A stretch of DNA of 64,000 nt, taken from the NCBI GenBank assembly GCA_904063045.1, contig CAJFCJ010000044.1:1-64000 (forward strand). Reading direction: 5' to 3'. A program made the position numbers and the translations under genes. A model generated the notes under the pieces. That model saw only the letters and a list, made by a program, of their open reading frames with translations, did not search any database and was not told the origin of the DNA. Positions 33,865 through 44,299 of the stretch are shown piece by piece; positions within the stretch are counted from its first letter, which is position 1, and the number at the start of each line of letters is the position of its first letter. Source of the stretch: Dimorphilus gyrociliatus. Its lineage: Eukaryota; Animalia; Annelida.

Positions 33865-34656
33865 TCAATTGTTTGTTGCTTTGAAAAATATTCTCATCAT
33901 TCTAACTAGAACAGTTATCTCTTTTTTACACATTTCATTTGGGTTTGAAATAAATTTGCAATTCATCAACTTTAAATCATTTGCTATCTCTCTGTTAAAA
34001 GAGTTTCTAACAAAATATAAATGCAGATCTGGGATAAAATAAAATAAACTTTCAATGCTTTTTTTGATATCAAAGTTTACAATTCTATTTTTCAAATAGA
34101 TTAGAATATTTTTACTTTTCAAATTCCATTGAAGTATTATTGGAAATATATCCTTAATTGTTAATTTCTCAATGCAAAAAATTTGAAAAGCTTGTTCAAG
34201 TTTCAAAATATTTTTAGCTTTAGAAAAATTTTCAAAATTTAAATCTACAAATTGATCAGTTAAAATTGTATAATCTGTTGATAGGATCTTGAAAGGTTTT
34301 ATTCTTTTTAGATGCTTTTCTAGTTTTCCTTTTGAAAAACTATAATTACTTGTGATATTAACTGCTCTCTTGACAATTAACATATTATCAAAATTACAAA
34401 ACCTTTCATTTTCCTTTTGTAAAATTGTAATTGATGTATCAAAATTTAAAGATTGTTCAACATCAGCCATTGTATCAAACTCAATATTTTGTCCAATTTG
34501 TAAAAAATTCTTTTTTCCAAAGTCTTTTAAAATTTTCATTTCAAATTTCTCTTCAATTGTTTTAATACATGGTACAATTTCTCCTTGTTCAGTTAATTCC
34601 ATATCAGACTGTATTTCAAATAAAGTTGATGGTGATAGTGGTTGTTGATAAAACAT
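33865..34656 (-). CDS. Orphan family X protein (263 aa)
   Basis: NMLIV.R, DYTILTDQF, FCIE, NPNEMCKKE shared with the 37491 and 40569 ORFs. Confidence 0.7.
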   Translation of the reverse strand: MFYQQPLSPSTLFEIQSDMELTEQGEIVPCIKTIEEKFEMKILKDFGKKNFLQIGQNIEFDTMADVEQSLNFDTSITILQKENERFCNFDNMLIVKRAVNITSNYSFSKGKLEKHLKRIKPFKILSTDYTILTDQFVDLNFENFSKAKNILKLEQAFQIFCIEKLTIKDIFPIILQWNLKSKNILIYLKNRIVNFDIKKSIESLFYFIPDLHLYFVRNSFNREIANDLKLMNCKFISNPNEMCKKEITVLVRMMRIFFKATNN

Positions 34657-37490
34657 ATCTTCTGTGCTTTAAAAACAAAATATCTCTTTTTCACATTTAT
34701 TTTTTTAGTTTACAGAATACTTACAAAAACTTCTGTCTTCTGACTTAGATGTATATCTATCAGTATCCAACTTGTGAATGATAATATTCATCTAAATACA
34801 CACAGCTAAATATACATTCATTGGTAGGAGGAGTTTACTTTAATACAATTAATTAATTAGATAAGGAAGTTTTTTTACCCAAAATTACTTGTAACCAAAC
34901 CATTGCCATCAATTAAACACTTTTCCCATTAATTGCATTATTCTTTAATGTGACATTAATCCTTAAAAAAGCAAAGATACAATTAGAAAATCTATACATA
35001 TAGGCTTTTATATACAATTTCATCACAAAAACCTTAAATTTCTTATTAATTGTCACAGAATATTCAAAATTGGTACAATAAAGGATATTATTACACAGAT
35101 ATCAAATCTTTTTACAGAATTCAATTATCTCTTATGGTTCAAGAGTTATGGTGCCATAAAATTTGGTCAATATTTTGTCATACAAGCCTATTTAATAAAT
35201 ATTCGTCATGTAAAAACTAACTTTCTTATTTGTAAACGTAGAAATTTGAAATTTGGTATATACTTCAATTTTATTACACCGATGTCAAATCTTTTAACAG
35301 AATTCAATTATCTTTTATGGTGCATGAGTTATAGCTCCATGAAATTTGGTTGATATTTATGACCAACCAGTCAATATATCAAATATTTGACTGAAAATTA
35401 ACTTTGTTTTTAATAAATGTAGTTATTTGAAAATTGCTTTATTGACTAATTTTGGTATGGCAGTCTGAAATTCATTTACAGAATTTAATTACCTCCAATA
35501 GTTAAGTGGTTATGGCTTCCAAAAATTTTGGTTAAAAAGTTCTTTTTAAGGCTATGTAATTGGGAAAAGGAAAACTTTAAAATTGTCACTGACAAAGTAA
35601 GAAAATATAGTAATGTAAATAGAAGGTTTTTTCATGCATATCTTCATTTATTAGTTCATTTTGTAAGAAATTTAAAAATACAATTATTTAATGAACTTTT
35701 AAAAAAGAAAACATATTATTTCTGCATAAAACTATACACAATTTGTTTTCTAATTTTTCATATGAACAAAAAGGAATATATATTAAAAATTTCATTTCAA
35801 TGTCTTTAAGAAAGAAAAGTAGGCTTTTTATAAATTACATATTTAAATAAATAACATTTTTGCACAATTATCTGGGTCAAAAGTAATTAATAAACACAAA
35901 GTTTCAAGTGTTCTTTTTTTTTAACAATTGCAGGTTTAAAATTTAATGTTTTAAAGTCAGTCAATCCAGTTCGCCAGCCTGTTAGTCTCTCAATAAATTC
36001 TTGATTAGTCAGATGTCAAATGATTGTTGTGGATTGTTTCTTTCATTTGTTTTTCTAAGCCAAAAAAGCAGTTTGTAAAGGACAATAACCTGAAAAAAAT
36101 TAAAGAAATGTTGTTTGTAGACAAATAAAGAGTTAAAATTTTATTTTTACTATCCATTCAAATATTCATCAAAGATGTTTCCAGATAAAAAGCAAAATTC
36201 CAGCTTTTAGATAATTTCTTTTTCTGTAAAAAAAAAAGGAAGCAGAAGACAATTAAAAGAAACATTGTTTGATAAACTTACCAAAAAAGTTATCTATTTT
36301 TTGAGAAGATTTTAATTCTTTTAAAGAAGCTTTGAGCTCTGACCTACAAAATACTTCCTAAACTTACAACATGAAAAACAAAAGACAAAAAAGCATTATC
36401 AAGTAGTTGAAAATGCCTTTTTAAGTTAATTTTTTGAAAGATATCATATAAGAGAAATCAGTCAAAAATTAAGGAAACAAGACAATTTAATACAGAATTC
36501 AGTATCTCAAATGAGAAATTGAATTGAAAACAGCCATCATGTATTTGAACACCTCATAAAGGCTTTCAGTAAATACAATCTGAGAGAATACAATTACAAA
36601 TAATTATAATACATAAAACTTATACCTAGAAACATACTATATAAACTGCAGAGTTTTTTCTCCAGTACTTCAAAGAACACTCCATTGGAAGAATTCTCAA
36701 CTCGATAACCTACACAAAGATTAGGCTACAAAATACTTTATTTACTTTCTGATAAATTATTCATTTTAGATATTTCAAAGGAAAAATCAGAATAATCCAT
36801 CAGAAAATATAAATCCTTACAAAATTACAAAGAGCTCCTACTCCTTCAAAAGTTGGAAATGAAATGATGTTTTCCCAACAAGCTGTAAGGTTTATCTGTA
36901 AAATACTCTATGTTGATTGGTGAATACTTAACTTTTTTTTTTTAACATGCCTGTAGTAGTCATTTCCAGATGGTGAAAATGTAGAAAATATCTTTAATTC
37001 TTATATTTTTAATATCTAAAACTTAAATTAATAGATTTGTAAATATTATGGGAATGATTGTACAGGTATTACAATAAATATTATAATAACAAGAGATTTA
37101 TTGATAAATTTATCAAAAACAATAGTTCATTTTCTGTCAATTTTATGGAATATTTGATTAAAATAATTCACATACAAACACCTTTATATAATTTAATTTA
37201 TATATTTACATGCCATGAACAAGTGTTCTGTAATTTTTATTGTCTTGTGAGAAAATATCTTGCACTAAAATGCAATTGGGAATGTTTTCCCACAAGAAAA
37301 AACAAATTTTTTTAGTGAAAGTTTCTAGTGAAAGTAAAGTCTGACAGAGAAAATGAATCTGATTATATGATTTTTTCAATTTTATTTGTACAACAAATAT
37401 ACAAACCACTTGAAAGAAATTGTAAGAATATATAAAAAACAAATTTGATTAAAAAGAATAGAGCTAATACAAATAATTTGAACACTAAAT

Positions 37491-39041
37491 TTAATTTTTA
37501 ACAACAGATATTAATTCTTTAAGCAATCTAATAACAAGAGTTTCTTCTTTTTTACATATTTCATTAGGATGGTTTAATAATTTACATCCCATTACTTTCA
37601 AATCTTGACAAATATTCTTATCAAATGATTTTTTTGTGAAATACAAATTATTTTTGGAAAAAGGTAACTGCTTAACAATTTTCTTAATGTCAACATTTTT
37701 AGAATTATGCTTTATATATACAAAAAGATTACTTGTAATTAATTTCCAACCAGTTACAATTGGAAGTAAATCATCCATTTCTAAATTTTCTATACAAAAC
37801 ATTTGTACTTTTTTTTCTGTTTTAATTATAGCTTGTAACTTTTCCCATTTTTTTTCATTTAAATTAACAAATTGATCTGTTAAAATTGTAAAATCAGTTA
37901 CATTTGTAAATTGTGGTTTAACCTTTCTTAAAAATAATCTTTGACTTGCATCAATAATATTCAAAGAATTAGTGTCTACCATAATATTATTGCTTCTTTG
38001 AACAATCAACATATTACCTATATCTATCTTTTTTTCATTTTTCTCTTGTAAATTAAAATAAAACTGATCAACAATTTCTCCTTCTTCTTCTTCTCCTTCA
38101 TTTATCTCTTCCATCTCTATTTCTTGGCCAACTTCTAAATTTATTCCCAATTCTTCTAATAAACCAATATCAATTTGTGTATAATTGTCAGTATTACAAT
38201 CATTTATTTGAAGAGTTGTTGCAGCCTCTGCTCTAGCTGCTGCCTCAATTATTTCTTCATCACTAGTTGTAGTTGCAGTTTGTTCTGTAAATGTTGTTAA
38301 TTGTTGACTGGTTGCTTCTGCAATTGTTGGTGTTTGTGTCATAACAATTTCTTCAGTTCCAATTGTTGTAGTTGGTCTTGATGATTGATCTAATTCTTTT
38401 CCAAGTCCAGTAATATGTATTTGAGTAAATGGTCTAGGCAGAGAAAACCTCTTTATTAATTTCTTTGCTCTATTAACAAACTGAACCACACTTTCGCCAT
38501 TCATTTGCTTTAAGTTAAGCAATTTCTCTTGATACTCCAAAGGATCCAGATCAAATTCATCATGGAGGGCTTTCCATATTTCCTCCACAGTAGGCTCTCC
38601 ATCCAGAGCCAACACCAAATCCTTTGCAGGACCAGTTAAATAATCTAAAAGATTTGCTTTCACAACATCTTCACCAATCCAACCATAAGCATAACATGCC
38701 TGATTAAAGTCTTCCTTGAATTTTGAACACTCGTTGCTTCCATCATACAACTTGAGAATAGTTCTTTGAGGGCAATCCCAAGCAGCCCTTAATGCTTGAA
38801 TAACTGTTGTGATATCAACATTTGGGTTCTGTGCTGGGTGATGTGTTCCATGTCCATGATCTGTTGGAATTGTGATTCGATTTCTTTTCATTTCACTCAC
38901 CAATCTATCATAGTCTTCAATTAGTCTTTGTTGCCTTTCTGACATTCCTGCTGGCTGAATTGTAATTGTTGGAGTTGCTGGGGTTGAAGGGTTAGAGTCT
39001 GTAACTGCCCCAGTGGCATTTCCATTTCCTCCTTCTGCCAT
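37491..39041 (-). CDS. Chimeric ORF (516 aa): Gypsy Gag capsid (aa 1-~214) fused in frame to a family X protein
   Basis: YDGSNECSKFKEDF...W...ANLLDYLTGPAK...KLLNLKQMNGESVVQFVNR (retrotrans_gag pattern), then KELDQSSRP..., paralogous to 40569-41539. No stops. Confidence 0.88.
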   Translation of the reverse strand: MAEGGNGNATGAVTDSNPSTPATPTITIQPAGMSERQQRLIEDYDRLVSEMKRNRITIPTDHGHGTHHPAQNPNVDITTVIQALRAAWDCPQRTILKLYDGSNECSKFKEDFNQACYAYGWIGEDVVKANLLDYLTGPAKDLVLALDGEPTVEEIWKALHDEFDLDPLEYQEKLLNLKQMNGESVVQFVNRAKKLIKRFSLPRPFTQIHITGLGKELDQSSRPTTTIGTEEIVMTQTPTIAEATSQQLTTFTEQTATTTSDEEIIEAAARAEAATTLQINDCNTDNYTQIDIGLLEELGINLEVGQEIEMEEINEGEEEEGEIVDQFYFNLQEKNEKKIDIGNMLIVQRSNNIMVDTNSLNIIDASQRLFLRKVKPQFTNVTDFTILTDQFVNLNEKKWEKLQAIIKTEKKVQMFCIENLEMDDLLPIVTGWKLITSNLFVYIKHNSKNVDIKKIVKQLPFSKNNLYFTKKSFDKNICQDLKVMGCKLLNHPNEICKKEETLVIRLLKELISVVKN

Positions 39042-39079
39042 ATTTACTTTCTCAAAACTTTTGAATAAACCAAAATATT

Positions 39080-39097
39080 ATCCTGTTGACTGCGCCA
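39080..39097 (-). other. Primer-binding site, probably tRNA-Ser
   Basis: TGGCGCAGTCAACAGGAT 4 nt after the LTR end. Resembles the complement of eukaryotic tRNA-Ser 3' ends (TGGCGYAGTCGGCAGGAT type). Confidence 0.75.
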
Positions 39098-39101
39098 AAT
39101 T

Positions 39102-39735
39102 TGTACTGCTCTTGCTGGCAAAATCTATGCATTTGCAAGTTATAACAGTACTGGTTCTACTCAACCTTTAAACAAATGTTTAAATTAAAACGGTTTATTC
39201 GCAATAATAATACTTAAGCAAGTAACAATATGAGAGTTCGATAGCAGAGTAGATAGTTCGTAAAAGCAAGTTGCCAAATTACCAAACTGTCTTCCAATGT
39301 TGAGGAGTAGATGGATGGTTCCAGTGGAGGTTGTTTCCAGATGATTTTCCCAGGTCCTTGGGTCCAGATGGAAGCTGCATGCCAAATGAGAATAGTGAGG
39401 ATTTATATACTTTGAGGTTTGCCTCTGACATCCAATCATCACTTTACAGTTGCCAAAATGTGTAGTTCATATTTATGTTTAGTAACAGGATGTTACAAGG
39501 TTGAACATTTAGGAAGGTTAATTGAATTATAACTTGGCCACACCCTAGGCAAGTTAATTAAATTATAACTTGGCCAAACCTTTATTGGTAATTAAAGATG
39601 AGCCTTCAAGCTGACTAATCAGACTTATGTTTGGCCAATGTTATAGCATTTTCTTGAGTAGGTTTTAAGATGTACATGTATATGTTGCATAAAATAATAG
39701 AGTTCAAGCATGTAAAATATAACCAAAGTTGTACA
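39102..39735 (-). repeat. LTR-B copy 3 (5' LTR, 634 bp)
   Basis: Full-length inverted copy followed by PBS and gag ATG. Confidence 0.93.
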
Positions 39736-40202
39736 ATTGTTCATAGGAAAATCAGAATAACCCATCAGAAAAAAAATTATTATATAGTTACACAGAGGTC
39801 TTACTCCTACAAAAGCTGGAGGTGGAATGAAATTACCCCAACAAGAACTAAGGGTTGTCTGAGGAATACTGTGTGCTGATTGGCTTAGAGTACTAAAGCA
39901 GCTCTCTGATTGGCTATGGGAGAAACTTTTGCAGATCCCTCTAGTGGTAATTTTAAAGATGACGAAAATTTAAATAATGTTTAATTAAAATTATTTTAAT
40001 ACATACAGTATTTGTAACATTGAATCAATATATAATTATTATATAAATAAAAACAATAATTTAGATACCAAACACAATATATACCATTTCAGTTGATTCA
40101 TTTAAGCATATACTTTTCAAGATAACATTCAAACTATCAATAAAATGCATAAATATACACATGTTAATGAACATTATACAAGATACTAATGATATCATCT
40201 AA

Positions 40203-40237
<35 letters not shown>

Positions 40238-40568
40238 CAAAATTTAAAACAGTCTTAAGTCATTATAATAGTGTTATAAATTCTAATTGGAAATATTTTC
40301 CCACATGAAAAGAAAAACATTAACCTGTAAAAAAATTTTTCAGTGAAAGTGAAATTTTTTAAGTGAAAGTAAAAGCCTGACGAAAAAAATATTGATAAAT
40401 AATAAAATTGAATAATTACTATCTGTTGTATTTTAAAGTTTTTTTATTATTTTCAAACAAACCAAAATATATACATTTAAAAAATGAAACAGATTACAAT
40501 ATAGATAAAAATTTATATATAACTAATACAAATGCCTAAAAACAAAGCAAATATTTTTGAACAACATA

Positions 40569-41885
40569 TTAACATTTAACAGCAGACATTAATTCTCTAA
40601 GCAATCTAATAACAAGAGTTTCCTCTTTTTTGCATATTTCATTGGGATGGTTTAATAACTTACATCCCATGACTTTCAAATTTTGACAAATTTCTTTGTC
40701 AAAAGTTTTTTTTGTAAAACACAAATTATTTTTGGAAAAAGGTAACTGCTTAACAATTTTTTTTATGTCTATGTCTTTTGGAATATTCTTTAAATATATA
40801 AAAAGATTACTGGTGATTAATTTCCAACCAGTTATAATTGGAAGTAAATCACCCATTTTTAAATCTTCAATACAAAATATTTGTATTTTTTTTTCTGTTT
40901 TAATCATAGATTGTACCTTTTTCCATTTTTTATCACCTAACTTAATAAATTGATCTGTAAGAATGGTATAATCAGTAACATTTGTAAATTGTGGTTTTAC
41001 CTTTCTGAGAAATATTTTTTGTGTTTTATCAATTATATTTAAAGAACCAGTGTCTACAATAATATTATTAGTTCTTTGAACAATCAACATATTACCTACC
41101 TCTATTTTTCTTTCATTTTTTTTTGTAAATCAAAGTAGAATTTATCTACTATTTCTTCCTCTTCTTCTTCTACTTCATTTATCTCTTCCATCTCAATTTC
41201 TTGGCCAATTTGTAAATTAATACCCAATTCTTCTAATAAACCAATATCCATTTGTGTATAATTGACTGCATTACAATCACTTATTTTAATAGTTGTTCCA
41301 GTGTCTGCTGATGCTGTTGTTGCTGCTTCTGCTCTGGCTGCAGCTTCAATAATTACTTCATCACTTGTTGTAGTTATTGCAGTTTGTTCTCTTAGTGTTG
41401 TAGCAATAGTGTTGTCTGCAATAGTTGATGTTTGTGGAATTTCTTCTGTTGCTCTAATTGGAACTGGTCTTGTTGATTGATCAATTTCTCTTTCTGCTGT
41501 AGTATTGTTTTCTTGTTGTGGTATAATCTCTTCTTCCAATTTATGTACTTTTCTATAAAATGTTAATAATTCTTTTTTGACACTTGAGCAAATTTTTTCT
41601 TTTTTTCACCATATTTTTCAAGACACTTTTTATTTTTTCTATAAATATTTTTTTCACACAAGTCCAAAATTTCTTTAAATTCTTTTTCTTCCTTAATTAC
41701 TTCCATTAATTTTGGTAAATGAACATATTTTGAAAAATCCATATTACTTTGATTGTATTTTTTCATGCTTTTCTTTGAAATTTTGATTAATTTTGAAATA
41801 CCATTTTTCAAATCCTCAAAACCTTCTTCATCTTCATTCACTTTTTTAATTGTTGTTCCACCAAGCAATCTGTATTGGTTGACAT
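40569..41885 (-). pseudogene. Family X full-length member (~430 aa) broken by three homopolymer frameshifts
   Basis: ORFs 41563-41868, 41102-41539 and 40569-41090 join via single-A indels in A-runs, from MSTNTDCLVEQQ to ...LMSAVKC. Confidence 0.72.
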
Positions 41886-42144
41886 GTGTTGTTTAATTGT
41901 AAGCAATCAATAATCAGAATATTTATGTAAGTTTTTTGATATTTTCAATACAAGATACATAACATTATTTAGGACAATTGAAATTGAACAAAGTGAACAA
42001 AGGGTTAGAAAATATGTATGAAAATAAAATTTTTATTAATTATTTCTATTGTTTAATATATAAAGACAAAAATTTTGAACAAGGGCTGTTTGTTTTTAAT
42101 GTTTGAGTAAAAATTGTCTTATTTTCTAGACAATTCACTCTGGA

Positions 42145-43494
42145 ATGGAGAAAACAAATGTGATGTTGATATTGTCACTATATGTTTTTATAGACTTTCA
42201 TTTCTCTCAATCAGAGAATTTTATGATTGTGAATTTAGCTCAGCCATTTTTTGGCATAGAATGTCAAGCCTCATCTGAGATTAGTGAAGACCGATCTTGC
42301 AAAAAGTTGTTTGATGGCTCTACACAGAATGATAATTTTTGGTTACCAAACAATGCTGATACAGAGAAATCTTGGATTAATTTTTCTTGGGTTGTCAAAT
42401 CAAGGGTGATTTCAATCAACTCTTACACTACTCAAACCAGCTATAATAGTGCAAAGATGATTTTTCCAGATGGTCAGGAGGAGACTACACAATTGTTTAC
42501 ATTGCCTTTTGTCTGGCGACGATTCATATTAACAAACCAAATTGTAACAAAGAGTTTAAAAATTGAATTTTCAAATCGAGCAGGCATCAGTGGAGAAGGA
42601 GAATTAACAATATATGGCAAAGTTTACTACTTCGTTGACTGGGATAGACATCCAAATGTGATGGAAGATGGATGTGAAATATTATATTATCACACCAATC
42701 TTCTAGAGGCAACAGATGTAGCACATTTTCAAAGGGGAACCAGCTGCTCATCTTCCTCTACATATAGTAATGAAAGACATTGCCAGTTTGCATTAAATCA
42801 CTTGGTACAACTTCCAGGTGGTGAGGTCAATGGAAGAGAGTGGATATCAAATGGCAATTCAGTTGTCAATTGCTGGCTAAGAATAGATTTTCAACACTTG
42901 TATAGAATATCTTTTCTTAAAATCACTCAGAGACAAACACCAGCTCTGCTAGTAAAGAACATAGATTTGGAGTTTCTGGATGGTACATTTTCCCATGATT
43001 TACTCAATAATATTCTTGAACAAACTTTTCAACTAGATAAAATCTACTATTCAAATTACCTAAAGCTCTATCCAAAAACATTACATAGTTATAGTGGTCA
43101 TATTGGATTCAGTGGTATTGAGGCACATAGTCTGATACCTGGAGTGAATGGATTGAAATCTCTAAGTAAGAATAGTTGCCACTCTACAAGTAAAACAATT
43201 GCTTTTGATAAGAATCCTAATACATGTACACCAATCAACTCTGCAGATATAAAATTCCTGGCAAAATTCAATAGTTTGGCAAAAATTAATATAACAATCA
43301 AAGAGAGTAGTGAAGAAATGTGCAAAAATTTAAATCTAATCCATCAAATTGTTGATGACAAATATGAAGAATGCAAATTGGAAAGTTTTCTATCAAGCTG
43401 TGAATTCACCTGTTTGAAGTGTCTTTATGATTCAATCTGTAAATTTATCCTTTATCAACATACCAGTGAAATTTGTGAAATATTGTTAGAGTAA
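42145..43494 (+). CDS. Secreted protein with two F5/8 type C (discoidin)-like domains and a Cys-rich C-terminal domain (449 aa, single exon)
   Basis: Signal-like N-terminus; ASSE...CKKLFDG...W...SWINF; SSSSTY...CQFAL...W.S...WLRIDF...I..LKITQR. Confidence 0.8.
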   Translation: MEKTNVMLILSLYVFIDFHFSQSENFMIVNLAQPFFGIECQASSEISEDRSCKKLFDGSTQNDNFWLPNNADTEKSWINFSWVVKSRVISINSYTTQTSYNSAKMIFPDGQEETTQLFTLPFVWRRFILTNQIVTKSLKIEFSNRAGISGEGELTIYGKVYYFVDWDRHPNVMEDGCEILYYHTNLLEATDVAHFQRGTSCSSSSTYSNERHCQFALNHLVQLPGGEVNGREWISNGNSVVNCWLRIDFQHLYRISFLKITQRQTPALLVKNIDLEFLDGTFSHDLLNNILEQTFQLDKIYYSNYLKLYPKTLHSYSGHIGFSGIEAHSLIPGVNGLKSLSKNSCHSTSKTIAFDKNPNTCTPINSADIKFLAKFNSLAKINITIKESSEEMCKNLNLIHQIVDDKYEECKLESFLSSCEFTCLKCLYDSICKFILYQHTSEICEILLE

Positions 43495-44299
43495 TTAAAA
43501 TTAATTACATAACTGTGCACTTCAATTAAAAAATAAAATATTTTTGAAATTACTTGAATTATTTAGTTTTCTGTTCTTCCCTTTCTTCATAGCTGCATTC
43601 CTCATAATTGTATAATTGTCAATAGCAACATAAGCTATATGAGCAGCCATTGTAATGATAGTCCAAACCTTCAATTTCCTATCTAGTTCAACAGCTGAAA
43701 TTTTAATCTCCGATTGCATGTTTAATGGTTTATATATTCTGGTTATTATTCGATATACCAGTTTTCATTTAAATAATTCTTTAAAATCAGTTTGTTAAAA
43801 GAGACATTTCTCATTTGAAATACCTAGCAAAACCTAGCAAACCAAGCCACCACAAGTACTAGTCCTACACTCAAAAAACACTGTTGGAAGTACTCTCATC
43901 TGAAGAGCAAGAATGAAGTATACAATATACAACTCAGAATTAATTTACATAATTTTCTTGGAGTTGTTGAAAAAGCCCACTATGCTTAACTATTACATTA
44001 AAACTATAAAAATTAAATAGGCTTGATTTTTTTTTACAGTTTTCTATAAAGCATCAAACTGAAGTACACAAAAAATGGCCAATAATGTTATTTTTTTTAA
44101 ATAGGTCTTTTGACTTCAATACTAATATGAAAAAATGTTTTTTAATCAATAGCTCTAAAAAGAATATCTAAATAATTGGTAATGATAATGGAGTAGAGCA
44201 AAACATTACTGACTTGCAATCAGAATATAAATTACATTCAGTTAATTATATCATTTTCCTTATGAACAGGTATTCAGTCAATTTAAAAAACACCGTTTG

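Noticed and set aside
33040-35520. Baculovirus hr-like origin because of repeated EcoRI sites
   Set aside because: No clear palindrome centred on GAATTC, no baculoviral core genes, and the unit also occurs dispersed at 62.5 kb.
35880-36960. Scattered exon-like segments (-)
   Set aside because: Probably a decayed gene, but no recognisable motif or consistent model.
26013-39735. LTR-B copies 1 and 3 (or 1 and 2) as the two LTRs of one element enclosing the orphan genes
   Set aside because: Copy 3 is inverted with non-matching flanks. Copy 1 has no PBS after it, copy 2 has no PPT before it, and no shared TSD exists.
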